The notes under the pieces were generated by a model, which was given only the letters and a program-made list of their open reading frames with translations, did not search any database and was not told the origin of the DNA. DNA of 64,000 bases from positions 692,485-756,484 of the forward strand of contig NW_018408747.1 of assembly GCF_002113885.1 (NCBI RefSeq). Direction: 5' to 3'. This stretch comes from Mizuhopecten yessoensis. Lineage: Eukaryota. Made by a program: the position numbers and the translations under genes. This document shows, piece by piece, positions 41,349 to 55,325 of the stretch (its first letter is position 1; the number at the start of each line of letters is the position of its first letter).

Positions 41349-44300
41349 GAACGATATTTGTAAGTATAGAAAATTGAGAAATGAATGGTAGAGGAGAATC
41401 TGTTATATATATAAACGGGTATTCGGGAATAGGTACTAGGTAAACCGGTCGGAAATATATTGTCAAAATTGGTGAACCGATAGTTTGGAGAAAAGACGTT
41501 TGTTTGTAGGAGGGTGCGGATTTGAAGAAGAAAGGGGGGGGGGGGGGGGGGGGTCTGGAGGAGGTAGGGATTGTCTACGGTAAGTCGACGGGCTCGGATC
41601 TCCAGCTAATGTTCAGTTAACTAGGTCTTGCGCTGATCAATACTTAATTATAAACGCCACAGTTCTACATCATAGCGGGTTGAGGAAATGTCACTTTTGG
41701 AAATGTATTGCCTTGAAGCATGCACAGAGTCGCCGGTTCTCCGACTTTATTCGTTTCATTCATTTCTTTTCAATTTCACGTGAAGGAAATCCTTGTCACG
41801 TTACGTCACTAGAGCGCCCATAAACCACACATGTTGCCTGTGCGGTTTTCTAGGCGTGCTTTTACCGTGCACTTCAGTATTGAAATATGATTTTCATAAT
41901 ATTTTACGAGTAAAGAGTCATAAGGAAGCAGATGGGGATATAAAAATAACAGCGTAATGATGTGAACAAAAGCGGTACTACTTTCTTCTTCATTGTCTCG
42001 GACTTTGCCGAGAAGTGACGGAAACGTTCAGCACGGTGCTGCGAACTCCTACCGGAACCGCAAAGAAACTAATGATGGCGTTACACAGTAATCGGTATTC
42101 ATATCGAACTTTTATATCTTTTCTTTGTTAATTCTTACAATAACTGTTGTTTTATTAGAAAATTATTCGACGTTATTCAAAGAAAAAGGTCCCAAACAGA
42201 GTAATTTGATAGTGAAATATAACCTCGTATGACACATTAAATCGTACTAGCAAAGATGATGATGATTGTAGGTTTTATCAACGGCTTTTGGAAGATCGAA
42301 ATCGTTAGCTCACAATTACGTCTGGGACTTTTAAGAAACGGCGCATTTTATTAGGAATATCTAGAGACTAATTATAGCTATGGTCTCGTATTAACGTTGG
42401 TAAAATATAGGAGACAAAATAGAAAACCACAGATGTGTACATGTGTCTGCCATGATATCGCGAAATAGCAAATATTATGGACATTTTGAAAACAAAAATG
42501 AGGTGTGTTTTTTTCAATATCGGTTTTAACGCTTTTGGTAAAAAGACGATGATTACATTTTTCATTTTCATTTTTTTTTTATGGAATTACACGATATTAA
42601 ATTTTATTTTACCATTCATTAATTTTTTTCTGTTTTATCTGATCTTTTTTTTTTAAATCTTCGTTTCGCAGTCTTTAATTTTGTATTGATATCAGAAGGA
42701 ATTGTTTTATATGACGATGCATTATTTTAGCCAATCAGATTATCCAAAATTGGCACTTCGTGCAAGGATGTCAACAACAAAGATGGCCGCCACTTGAAAA
42801 GATGGATATTCTAAAAAGGAGTAACAAGGTTTACTTGTTAAGGAGTGTGTGCCTTTGCAACAGCCAAGACCATATGAACATGTAATCCACCGAAGATCGG
42901 ACAAGGCAAGGACATTTTTCAGATATAACCGACCAGAATTAAGATACATTTGTGAACAGAACTGATCTTCGTTATTATAGCGGTGTGGAAATAATCACGA
43001 TTTTCGCGTTTTTCGAGTAAATTAGCGCAAAGAATTACACTCGCGATGTATACATATCTACAGATAACAGATTTGTTTTAATTTCCTCGTCGTTATAACC
43101 ACGCGGACATTTCAGCATACAAGAATTTCCATTTTTATAATCTTTCCAGTAACAAAAGTATATTGACTTAGATTAATCTTTCACGCTCACTATATGAACT
43201 ATTATGTACATATCATAGCGATAATTGACGTTTTAATAAAGGAATATACAGGATTATTTCTGGGATTATATAAGCCAAACCATAATTCTAGTTATCCCTT
43301 ATACTTTAATTTAAAAAGTCAGACAGCATTTTTCAATTCATAGTTAGGGAATATTTATTCATTTCTGAAAGAAACAAAACATTGTTGCACAAAGCACAAC
43401 ATTAGGCAAGGAATTTCATCGCCAAGCAACTTCAACCAATCGGAAGTAAGAATTACAAATACAGAAATTAATGACGTCGATATACGATGTCATCACTTTT
43501 TGTGTTGTCTGTCTTTTAGGTTATACGATATAACCTGGCAGAGTCTACCTTTGGGTAATATAGACAAAAATGAAATTATTTGGCGTTTTACTTTAAATGG
43601 CATTGTATCTTGATTTGAACTAGTATCTTAGATACCGTGACTAGGATTTTGAATTGCCTTTTCGCGAATATTGTTTTGTCGACAGCACACACATCAAAAT
43701 ATTATGTTTTTTTAACAGATCACACGTGTGATTTATTAACAGAAAACTATGTTTTATAAAGGACATGTTTATATTATGAATTGATGAAACCATGAAGCGC
43801 GTTGCGTGAACCAAGGATGTTCGTAGCACCATGAAAAACAACAAAACAAAATCTCGTCGAACGCGTTATGCAGCCGTCCATCCATAGTGCGGTTCACTTC
43901 CGTCGTGTTCATATCTGTAATATTCAGAAAATTTATTTTTTCTGGAACCGCCTGAAATATCACCCCACTATCTCCTACAATCCCTTTATCTTTGATATAA
44001 TGTGCCGGCCACTGTTTTGCATACATCACTGGCAAACTCGGCCGTTATGACCATTCTGGTACGACAATATCGACGTCATTAATTTCTCGACAGAATTGCC
44101 TTTTCACATAGTATGGGTTTTGTGTAATAGGAATTACTAGGGAGCGGGGGAAGGGAACACAAGAATAATACAGGTCATCCCCTCGTTTGATCGGGTTCCT
44201 TTCAGACAAATGTAATCTGTCTTCTCGCCAATGACAAATTAATGCAAGGCCCATGTGATGGAGATTATTCATTTGCTCCGGCCATTTTTGTCCCTTCGAT

Positions 44301-44954
44301 GGCTAGAGATTACCCTTAAGGAGAGATTGCTTATAATTTCTCAATGTACTAAACATTTGTATAGCCAATATTTATTTTCATTCGTGTAATAAGAGTCAAG
44401 ATTTGTGAAAGAATGTAGCCCTAACGATAATGTGCCATTGTTCTTTAAATAACATGACCAAAAGATAGGATAAAAAAACAGAGGAAAATAAAAATAATCT
44501 CATTACCTCGACAAGAGTATTTGAGAATTGATTTGGTATGTACATGTAAATGAATACATGTATTGCATGTTTACTAAAGTTATTGAGAATACCGGAAAAA
44601 CTAATATCGTATATGGTTATACATATCCAAAGCATCAGCCAATGATTGGCAAGGAAACATATCAAATGAATTAATGATGGTGAATAGAACATTGAGTGAA
44701 ATTAAATGATATACAACAGATCCCATATCGTCTCTCAGTTTCAGCCGAATGGAATGTTTTCCGAAGGAAGGTGTTTCTATAAGACTTTTTTCCGAATCAT
44801 CAGTCTAAAGTTAGAAGAGTCATTTGTGTTGATTCATTTTTCTTTTAATTATTTTTTTCTAACTGAACTTCAACCTATAACTTCCGATGATTAACTCTGT
44901 CTTTTATTTTCTTTCTACCCTTCTCACTCCTATCTTTGGCGTCATCCTAAGGAC

Positions 44955-45009
44955 CCGTCCTCATATGACCCTGGCTGTTGCGAGGACGCTAAACCTCACA
45001 CAAACAAAC
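44955..45009 (+). mobile_element. SINE/LINE 3' tail fragment
   Basis: ccgtcctcatatgaccctggctgttgcgaggacgctaaacc...caaacaaac, the same tail as the other SINEs; another minus-strand copy lies near 31670-31730. Confidence 0.65.
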
Positions 45010-46201
45010 TCTTGAATATAGCACACAGTAAAATCAGACCTGCTCGATTGTTCTCAAAGACACTAAACTTTCAGAAGAAGATATTAATTATAAATTAATT
45101 TCCCGTTAATTACATGACCATAGCTACCTTTGTTTTATATTTCTATGTCCCTAAATATATCGACTGCAATACACTGACCACCAGAAACAGTGTAATTGTT
45201 ATCACGTCTTTTTTATTCTTGTCCTAAAGGTCGAGAAATGTACGATTTGTAGTTTGGGATTTTGGATTGCCCCAACCACTCTCGCGTATCCTCTCGTCCT
45301 GGGTTCGAAGACACTTCTCTGATGTCGTTCGTTTGTTTGGTTTTTGTTTTACTCTTTCCATGCGTGGTAAGAGAGAACTTGTGTCATTCATAACGTTTAA
45401 TATAAATGTCATATATGACTATAAATACAATGAGTGTAAGGGAGGAATGGGAGTGTCTTACAAGTCTATCTGTAGACGAGATAGGAGGGTGGTTGAGATG
45501 GGGTTTTTTTGTAATTGTATAATTGTGCCCTGTACATGCGACAATTTGATAAACTTTTAGAATTGAATTGAATATTTACCATTCAATGTCCATTTAACCC
45601 GAAAAACAAGTACCATCCAACACCATGACCACACACGGTGCTCAATAGAAAACGTGAAAATCCGTTTGAACCAGCGTTGACCAATGGTTTCTTCCCATAC
45701 ATATGCATGTGCTTTCCTTTGTACTAATATCCTACAAGGCACACACCCTATAACACTGCCATTGTGACAGTCTTTGTGGGATTCTTTAGTCCCACAGAAT
45801 ACGACTAGAGAGCAATGTTAGCTATCGTTAAGACATTGCGAGTGCAATAGGAGCGCTGCTGATAGCACGCCATTACAAATGTACAGCACTGCAACACATA
45901 TTGTGTTGTTTGAATAGAGACGGATTTCGAGCCTTACATACACAAAGAATTTTGGAATTAAAAGTTTTTAAAGAAACTGTTTCGAGAAATGCATGATGTG
46001 ACTGGGGTTTATTCAAACACAGTATCTTTTAGCCCAGGAAATTAAAACGTGTCATTTTCCAATGTGACAATCGCAAGTGACCGCTGCACGTCCTTGAGGA
46101 GCGCGAAATGCACGTGGCAAGGGTATCCATTGCTAATGGACTATCAACACGGGTCAGCCTTTGTCGTATTTTATCCATCATAATTTCCTGAGCAGTCTTA
46201 C

Positions 46202-46376
46202 TTTTCTGTTGTATACGACTGCACATGTAACATGACGCCAACTCTTCACAATATCCAATTCACAATACCGTGACGCCTCGGGACGTTTACGTTAGTTTCC
46301 GTCTCTAGGAACTCTTCAACCCAGGAGATCGATTTTGCCTTTTCAAAAGTTCGAACACGAGTGCCAACTACGGAAC
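46202..46376 (-). other. Candidate non-coding exon, 175 nt
   Basis: Acceptor ttcactcccctcctcttaccccccgcgtacacAG|G, donor AAA|GTAAGA; stops in all three frames. Confidence 0.5.
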
Positions 46377-49181
46377 CTGTGTACGCGGGGGGTAAGAGGA
46401 GGGGAGTGAATATCGGTAGAACATGAGAAGAGACGTAGTTTTGGTACTAGGGAGGCGCAGAACGTGACAAGGACAGATGTTCTGTCAAATGAAAACCGCA
46501 AAATATCACAATACACACAGCACTGTCAAAATATAAACAGCAGTGTCAAAATACACACAGTAGTCATTTTGATAAAATTATGTCAGTACATGCACATAAT
46601 GGTATGCAGTTTCTCCCGGTACAAATACAGCGAAATAGTTCCTTTTTACTTGTTTCATGAATATCAGAATGGAAACATCGGGTAAATTTTACAACACTTT
46701 TGTAGTAAACAGTTCCGTTCAGCATCAAGGGGTCCAGTCTTCAGTTATCATTTTGAGGGCTTGCAAATTTTGAAGTCCTTTCTCAAATACCACATTGTCT
46801 TCCACACTGATGTTGGTCAACTGCTGAACATTGGTATTTGACTAGTTTAACAAAATTCAATAAAGTCGTCGATTTAACGCTTGCAATTACGTATAAATTA
46901 ATTCAAATAAGCCGTTTGAAGAAGAAGTATCAAATCTTAATTTATTAAGGGCAATACATGTGGTACATTTTTAACAGAAAGATAATGCTGGTGTAATCGT
47001 GATGCGATAAGTTTTAGAATTGATAAAATTAGACAGCCAGACCGAAATGATAAAATAATAACACGAGAGTGTAAGTTATCAGGCTAGTGCGCCGTTGTTG
47101 TACGGTCTATTTCAATTAATATGGGTTACCTGTAATCATTTCATTTCTAGAGATAGGCCTACACCGAATAAGGAAGGTTTGACCTGAAAACTTCCAACAC
47201 AGGGTCTTACTTTAAAAAGCCATGTGATAAATATAATCCAATCAGATACGCTGTTATATAAATGAGGTATAAAAATGGTATTTTTTGACGGCAGGTCGTC
47301 AAGTTAAAGTTCAAAGATTTTTCACCTAAATGACGTACCGCTTCTCAATTAATATGTAAAATAAAACAAAATGCACACATATATATATACAAGTAAATGA
47401 AAAAAATAGATAAACATATCACAAGATAAGCATAAGGAAGGGTCAAAGGGGGATGGGTTAAAGATGTTGGCTTGGAAATGGAAAGGGGTGAAATGTCGAA
47501 CAACAGGGGTCGAGTTGGTTAAATCTGTTGCTGACTGTGACGTGTGCGTGCATCTTAACTGTCACGTTACCGCTACATAACGCTATGTCCACCACCACAC
47601 AATCGATAGCGAGGGGACGTTTCATTGCCTTAAGTTAATTCTGGCTGACACAAATGTTCAGATCAGATGTGCAAATGACTGATAAGGGCGAGCAATGGGA
47701 AAACGAATACTCAGCCAAGATCCATACATGTAATAACCCTTTGTTTGAGTTTTCGCCGCAAAAATCTGATCGCAAATATTTAGCGTGATTCTAACTCAAA
47801 GGAATGGATTCTGACGGGAATCATCGATAATTATGCGCCATCATTTGTCCGCTCGCCCGAGCATGTAAGACGCGCCATTGTCCTCACAGTTTGCTCTTTA
47901 TTTTAGCGCGGATTACTCGCGGATGTGGAAGCGCGATAAGGCTTTATCGCGGAATACTACTTCGTCTTAGACTTGTCATTCATTAATTCTTTTTCAAACT
48001 TTTATCTCATCAATCATCGTTTTTGTTCTACAAAAGCAAGTGTGTATAACCTTATTTTTTATTTGTAAAGATATCGAAAAAAAAATCTAGAAAAAAAGTA
48101 ATAATTCCAATGCAGATTGGTTCCTTAATATCTTAAAGATACCAGGAGTCGAGAGTTATCACCCCTTCTGTTTAATTTCCGGTGATATTGCGGTTGTTTC
48201 GCTCTTTGTCAAACGAGAATGCGGTGTTCGACAGCAGCGAAATATTGGTGCCATGATTTTATTTCTCGTCTAGTTATATAAGTAACAAGATATTCCACAT
48301 ACATGACACTGAATATATGTTAATATCGCTCTGCATTATTTTTGGCAAATTATGAATAGAGACAGGTAAAACGAACAATCGGACAAACAAGAATACAATA
48401 TTTGTCAATTAGATGCATTGCATACATTTCCAAATGAAGTATATTTCTGTTGTCCCTATGATCAACTAAATAGTGGTATACATACATGTAGAACACAACA
48501 ATTATTGCAGCAAAGGATATCACTCCTCAATGCCATGATGTTCAATGGCGAAGTGTACCCGCTATAACAACCGTTCCACAGACAGTCCTCTTAAAAAGGG
48601 GGGTTTAAAAGTGAACACAAAAAAGCGTCTTGGTTTTGTGTTTTAAATTTTTGCTTTTGTTTTTGTTTTTCCTGATATGAATATAGTTTTAGAATACCAA
48701 AGGAGCATTTTCCATCCGTTTTCAAAAGCGCCAAATCCATGTGAATGTCCCTTTATACATTTCATGTATACACCAAAGCTATGGAAAATTCTGAAACGTG
48801 TCGTTTCCGAAACTTTTTATTTTAGGTTGTTCAATACATGTTTTCATACATTTGTTTTCTTTATTTGGTTACAAAGTGGAAATTCGCAAATTGATTGCAT
48901 GTTTCCTGCATCAGTGCTATAAAAACGGTTGTTTGATCGTCACGTGTATTTTTCTATGTCAACAGGTCAGACACTTAAATTCCGAATGGCACTTTTTTTA
49001 CTTCGGCTAACCTTTGCATTTGTCGTACATCAATGTTTATTGAAGTCTGGCAACATCGGATCGAAAACAATGATTTGCAAAGAACAAAAGTAAAACGAAC
49101 GAATGAAGGAACAAGCGAGCGAGAGAGTAAAAAAACGACGAATAAGCGAGAGAGCGATCGAACGAGTGAAATAATACTTAC

Positions 49182-49350
49182 ATCTGTAAAGATAATCACA
49201 ATAACGATATTTTCTAGGAAATATCGATCTGATTCTTGGCTGGCGGAGGAGGTTCCCGGTGTTGAGAGCCCCCGGGTCCGCCCGGATCTGTGGAGAATGG
49301 TATCGGCAGCTGGACCCGCCCTCGAGTCACGCAGAGAGGCCGTCACTCAC
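49182..49350 (-). other. Candidate first exon of a minus-strand transcript
   Basis: GC/CpG-rich segment ending in donor GAT|GTAAGT (49181-49176), followed by a CT-rich tract (49085-49170); TATAA-like motif near 49381-49386. The 5' boundary is approximate. Confidence 0.5.
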
Positions 49351-50539
49351 ATAAAACCAATCAAATTGGATAATAAGGGGTTATAAGGAAGTAACCCCAC
49401 CTACTGTTTGAGTCTGTCAACCTTGTTTTTGTAAACAGAGATAATTACATGTGAGGCGAAAAGATAAGAGGGCGCCATATCGGCCCGGAGAGCCTTCAGT
49501 TGAGGCCTAGTCAGCGCTTGCGCTAATTATACCAGTACACATTGCGAACGGTTTACACCGCCGACACAAGCCAGAATATAACTCACAGACCAAAACCCTT
49601 CTATTTTAGCTAAAAATACGTCGATTTGTTAGAGTTTTACCGTTTTTGTTTTATTTAATTATGGTAGTTTTTCCGTTGAACCAATTCCGTATTTGGCGTC
49701 GGTTTGGGCAAATGAAGGTTGTGGCCTTTCTTTATTCCCATCGCCGGTGTTAACTTATATCACAGAGGTATATTTTGGAATCTTAATTAAAGGGGATTCT
49801 TGAAAGTTTAATTGTAGATGTTGTAAAAGTTCCAGTGGCGTCGAAAGTTTAATTCTTGGTATGTTTCGTGGAATTGTACGGCACGGTATACTTTAAGACA
49901 ATTTAGCAAAAACTCTTCCAGAGAAGCGCACATCTAGCGGCGCGCATACGTAATTGATAGGACTTTTGTCTTTTCAAGATTACTGCAACCGGTAATTTAA
50001 AAAGTATCCAACGTGGAAGAAAGCTAATAATTTTGACGTCAACAGTTGGAATGTGTATAATATTTAAAACAAATAAATGTTATAAAAAAATATTTTATGT
50101 TCATTTTTTAAAGCTTTATTTTTAAAACCAAATGACAATTATTTCTAATTCCAAATATGTATTTGATGTTTCAAACACCGTTTATATGTATATATATACC
50201 ACAATCTGAGCTTGTAGGTCTATAAATACACCCTAAAAACATTATGTTGGGCAAGAAAAAACAATTTCTTTCAGTATTAAAGGATTTGCTATATAATCGG
50301 AAGAACACAACATTGTTGCCGAAATTGTTGATATTAGCAACTCTCGCAATAGCTTTTATCAGAGGTCTCCGACTCGAGAGATGAAAGTAGTGTCAAAATG
50401 TTTAATGATTTCTTTTCCACAAACATCCGCATGAATCTATTTGTGGAATCGCGTTAGAAAACGTGAATACATACGTCAATCCAATCCGCAATTAATATTG
50501 TCTGTTTAATTTTAACAAGACATGCAAACAATACCCTTT

Positions 50540-51250
50540 TAATTAGACCGTCACTTGACATCTTCCGGAATTGTCTCTCACCGGAACCGTTTCTGCACAC
50601 TACATTCTACCCTTCTGCATCGATGCTGTTGCGACAGTGACGGACATGAGGCCGACACCATAGCGACCATACCTCCTACAGCTTGTTCTTGTCTCTTGCT
50701 GGACGCACAGACAGACGTACGTTACTAATTATAACGTCTATGTTTAGATATGCACGTGTAGATCACATCGTGCGCACGTGGTTTTGACAACGTTGACGCC
50801 GGACAAAGCTGCTGCGCATGTGCTTTGTAAGGACTGTCAGTAGGGGCTGTGAGGAGCAGAGTAATCCTTACAATTGACCCCTATACTCCGAGTGAGCCGG
50901 GAGGGGCTGGCTTTACAACAACACTTGAACCCGTGTCATTAGCTGTCGAGTGACAAGCGTGTGTTCAGGTGTGGGACACGGGTGTTTTCGAGGTCTATAT
51001 TTAGATGATATCTGAAAAAGAAGAAAGATGATATGTACCTTCCTACATAATCCATATCATCTGTACGAAATGGCCGACTCAATTGTTCATTCTGTAGCAC
51101 TCAGTTGTCAGGACTGTCAGTCTGTCACAAAATGGCGGATAACCGGACACGCCTGGACGGAAGATAATGTCATGGGCAGTTCCTGTCGTGGTCAGAATGT
51201 GTCGCGGTCAGTTTGAAATGTGTCCGAAGCACTGTTGGGCAAGTGTATAG
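50540..51250. promoter_or_regulatory. CpG-rich regulatory island
   Basis: ETS (CTTCCGG, CCGGAA), two CACGTG E-boxes, NRF1-like TGCGCATGTGC, YY1-like AAAATGGCGG and AAATGGCCG. Confidence 0.5.
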
Positions 51251-51849
51251 AGCTGTCAACCAGAAACGTTCGATTCTGTTTCCTTTTCAATTTTCACACT
51301 GGTTACACGATATTTGAGAAAAGACGACTTTCCACGAAATTACTCTTTGCAAACAATTGATCAACACTTTTCGTTTGAAAGAAGACCACCCTCAAATTTT
51401 AAAATTAAAATTTAGAACCACTACCTCAATCCGCATTTGCTAATCCCAGGTGCGATCTCCTGTTGGTTGCAGTAACGCGCAGAAGTAAAGAGTGAATGCA
51501 GATATTTTACCAACAAAGTATTAGTTTGTTTAGGGATGCAACGTACCTGCAGTTTGCTATACGATGATTCATGATGCTGGTGTATACTTGTATCGAGAGC
51601 CTCCGGAATTCTGTATATATACATATAGGTAGAGAATGTACAGTGTATAATATACCACAAGATATGTAATCTTCTGACCGATTCGGTCCAACAAAGATGA
51701 TGATTTGCAAGCTGTTGAACGGTTTGATTGGGTTATTGACGTAACTGTGTTCATCTTTGACTTGGCGTTCCGAAAAAACTCGAGAAGTGAATGTCAACTG
51801 TACAAATAAAACTGACAATTTAACTGTATCATTTTGCCAAAGTTTGTAG

Positions 51850-54800
51850 GAAAACCTCGATATAATTGCCCCGAATTATAAATGTAAGGCCTTCGTTGAT
51901 TTACAGCAAAACCTTGATTTCATAAACAGTATATTCTCGGTATAATGTTCCTCATTTATAAATATTTAAACCTCGATATCGTGGTCCTCGTCTATAAACA
52001 GTAAAATCTTGGTATAATGTCCCTCATTTATAAACATTTAAACCTCGATATCGTGGTCCTCATTTATAAACGGTAAAATCTTGGTATAATGTCCCTCATT
52101 TATAAAAAGTAAAATCTCGGTATAGTGTCCCTTATTTATAAACAATTAAACCTCGATATAATTTCCTTCATTTTTAAACAGTTAAACCTCGATATAATGT
52201 CCCTCATTTGTAAACAGTAAGATATCGGTATATTGTCCCTCATTTATAAACAGTAAGATATCGGTATAATGTCCCTCATTTATAAACAATAAAATCTCGA
52301 TACAGTGTCCCTCATTTATAAACAGTAAGATCTTGGTATAATGTCCCTCATATATAAACAGTTAAACCTCGATATAATGTCCCTCATTTGTAAACAGTAA
52401 GATCTCGGTATAATGTCCCTTATTTATAAACAGTTAACTCTTGATACATTGTCCCTCATGTACAAACAGTTAAACCTCGATATAATGTCCCTCATTTATA
52501 AACAGTAACATTTCGTTATTATGTCCCTCATTTTTAAACAGTAAAATCTCGATATAATGTCCCTCATATAAAAAGAGTAACATCTCGGTATAATGTCCCT
52601 CATTTATAAACAATAAAATCTCGATATAATGTCCCTCATTTATAAACAGTAAGATCTCGGTATAATGTCCCTCATTTATAAACAATAAAATCTCGATACA
52701 GTGTCCCTCATTTATAAACAGTAAGATCTCGATATAATGTCCCTCATATATAAACAGTTAGATCTCGGTATATTGTCCCTCATTTATAAACAGTAAGATC
52801 TCGGTATACTGTCCCTCATTTATAAACAGTAAGATCTCGGTTTATTGTCCCTCATTTATAAACAGTAAGATCTCGGTATATTGTCCCTCATTTATAAACA
52901 GTAAGATCTTGGTATAATGTCCCTCATATATAAACAGTACGATCTCGTTATAATGTCCCTCATTTATAAACAGTAAGATCTCGGTATATTGTTCCTCATT
53001 TATAAAAAGTAAGATTTCGGTTTAATGTCCCTCATTTATAAACAGTAAGATCTCGTTATAATGTCCCTCATTTATAAACAGTAAGATCTCTTTATAATGT
53101 CCCTCATTTTATCTCGGTATATTGTCCCTCATTTATAAACAGTAAGATCTCGATATATTGTCCCTCATTTATAAACAGTAAGATCTTGGTATAATGTCAC
53201 TCATATATAAACAGTACGATCTCGTTATAATGCCCCTCATTTATAAACAGTAAGATCTCGGTATACTGTCCCTCATTTATAAACAGTAAGATCTCGGTTT
53301 AATGTCCCTCATTTATAAACAGTAAGATCTCGGTTTATTGTCCCTCATTTATAAACAGCAAGATCTCGGTATATTGTCCCTCATTTATAAACAATAAGAT
53401 CTCGGTATAATGTCCCTCATTTATAACTAGTAAGATCTTGGTATAATGTCCCTCATTTATAAATAGTAAGATCTCGGTATATTGTCCCTCATTTATAAAA
53501 AGTAAGATCTCGGTTTAATGTCCCTCATTTATAAACAGTAAGATCTCTTTATAATGTCCCTCATTTATAAACAGTAAGATCCCGGTATAATGTCCCTCAT
53601 TTATAACTAGTAAGATCTCGGTATAATTTCGCTCATTTATAAACAGTAGGATCTCGGTATATTGTCCCTCATTTATAAACAATAGGATCTCGGTATATTG
53701 TCCCTCATTTATAAACAATAAGATCTCGGTATAATGTCCCTCATTTATAAACAGTAAGAAGTAAGATCTCGGTATAATGTCCCTCATTTATGAACAGTAC
53801 AATCTCGATATAATGTCCCTCATTTATAAAAAGTAAGATCTCGGTTTAATGTCCCTCATTTATAAACAGTAAGATATCGGTATATTGTCCCTCATTTATA
53901 AACAGTAAGATCTCGGTATATTGTCCCTCCTTTATAAACAGTAAGATCTCGGTATAATGTCCCTCATTTATAAACAGTAAGAAGTAAGATCTCGGTATAA
54001 TGTCCCTCATTTATAAACAGTAAGATCTCGGTATTGTCCCTCATTTATAAAAAGTAAGATCTCGGTTTAATGTCCCTCATTTATAAACAGTAAGATATCG
54101 GTATATTGTCCCTCATTTATAAACAGTAAGATCTCGGTATATTGTCCCTCCTTTATAAACAGTAAGATCTCGGTATAATGTCCTCATTTATAACTAGTAA
54201 GATCTTGGTATAATGTCCCTCATTTATGAATAGTAAGATCTCGGTATATTGTCCCTCATTTATAAACAGTAAGATCTCGGTATAATGTCCCGCATTTATG
54301 AACACTACAATCTCGTTATAATGTCCCTCATTTATAAACAGTAAGATCTCGGTATATTGTCCCTCATTTATAAACAGTAAGATCTCGTTATAATGTCCCT
54401 CATTTATAAACAGTAAGATCTCGGTTTATTGTCCCTCATTTATAAAAAGTAAGATCTCGGTATATTGTCCGTCATTTATAAACAGTAAGATCTCGGTATA
54501 TTGTCCCTCATTTATAAACAGTAAGATCTCGGTATATTGTCCCTCATTTACAAAAAGTAAAATCTCGGTTTAATGTCCCTCATTTATAAACAGTAAGATC
54601 TCTTTATAATGTCCCTCATTTATAAACAGTAAGATCTCGGTATAATGTCCCTCATTTATAAACAGTAAGATCTCGGTATAATGTCCTTCATTTATAAACA
54701 GTAAGATCTCGGTATATTGTCCCTCATTTACAAAAAGTAAAATCTCGGTTTAATGTCCCTCATTTATAAACAGTAAGATCTCGTTATAATGTCCCTCATT

Positions 54801-55325
54801 TATAAACAGTAAGATCTCGGTATAATTTCCATCATTTATAAACAGTAAGATCTCGGTATAATTTCCATCATTTATAAACAGTAAGATCTCGGTATAATGT
54901 CCTTCATTTATAAACAGTAGGATCTCGGTATATTGTCCCTCATTTATAAAAAGTAAGATCTCGGTATAATGTCCCTCATTTCTAAACAGTAAGATCTCGG
55001 TATATTGTCCCTAATTTATAAACAATAGGATCTCGGTATATTGTCCCTCATTTATAAACAGTAAGATCTCTGTATAATGTCCCTCATTTATAAACAGTAC
55101 AATCTTGATATAATGTCCCTCATTTATAAACAGTAGGATCTCGGTATATTGTCCCTCATTTATAAACAGTAACATCTCGGTATATTGTCCCTCATTTAAC
55201 AACAGTTAAATCTCGGTATAACGTCCCTCATTTATAAACAGTTAAACCTCGATATCGTGTCCCTCATTTATATATTAAATAGTAAAAATCTCGGTAAAAT
55301 GTCCCTCATTTATAAACAGTATAAC
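51850..55325. repeat. 36-bp satellite, ~95 units
   Basis: Unit gtccctcatttataaacagtaagatctcggtataat. Confidence 0.99.

Noticed and set aside
33945-51430. Partial matches to miR-252 (33945), miR-184 (39470, 47678), miR-29 (43825), miR-1992 (46819, minus) and let-7 (51421, minus)
   Set aside because: Only short matches, with no suitable precursor hairpin.
52470-55202. Minus-strand ORFs with INEGHYTEILLF repeats
   Set aside because: By-product of a 36-bp unit lacking a stop in one frame; indels and stop variants break the frame and there is no gene structure.
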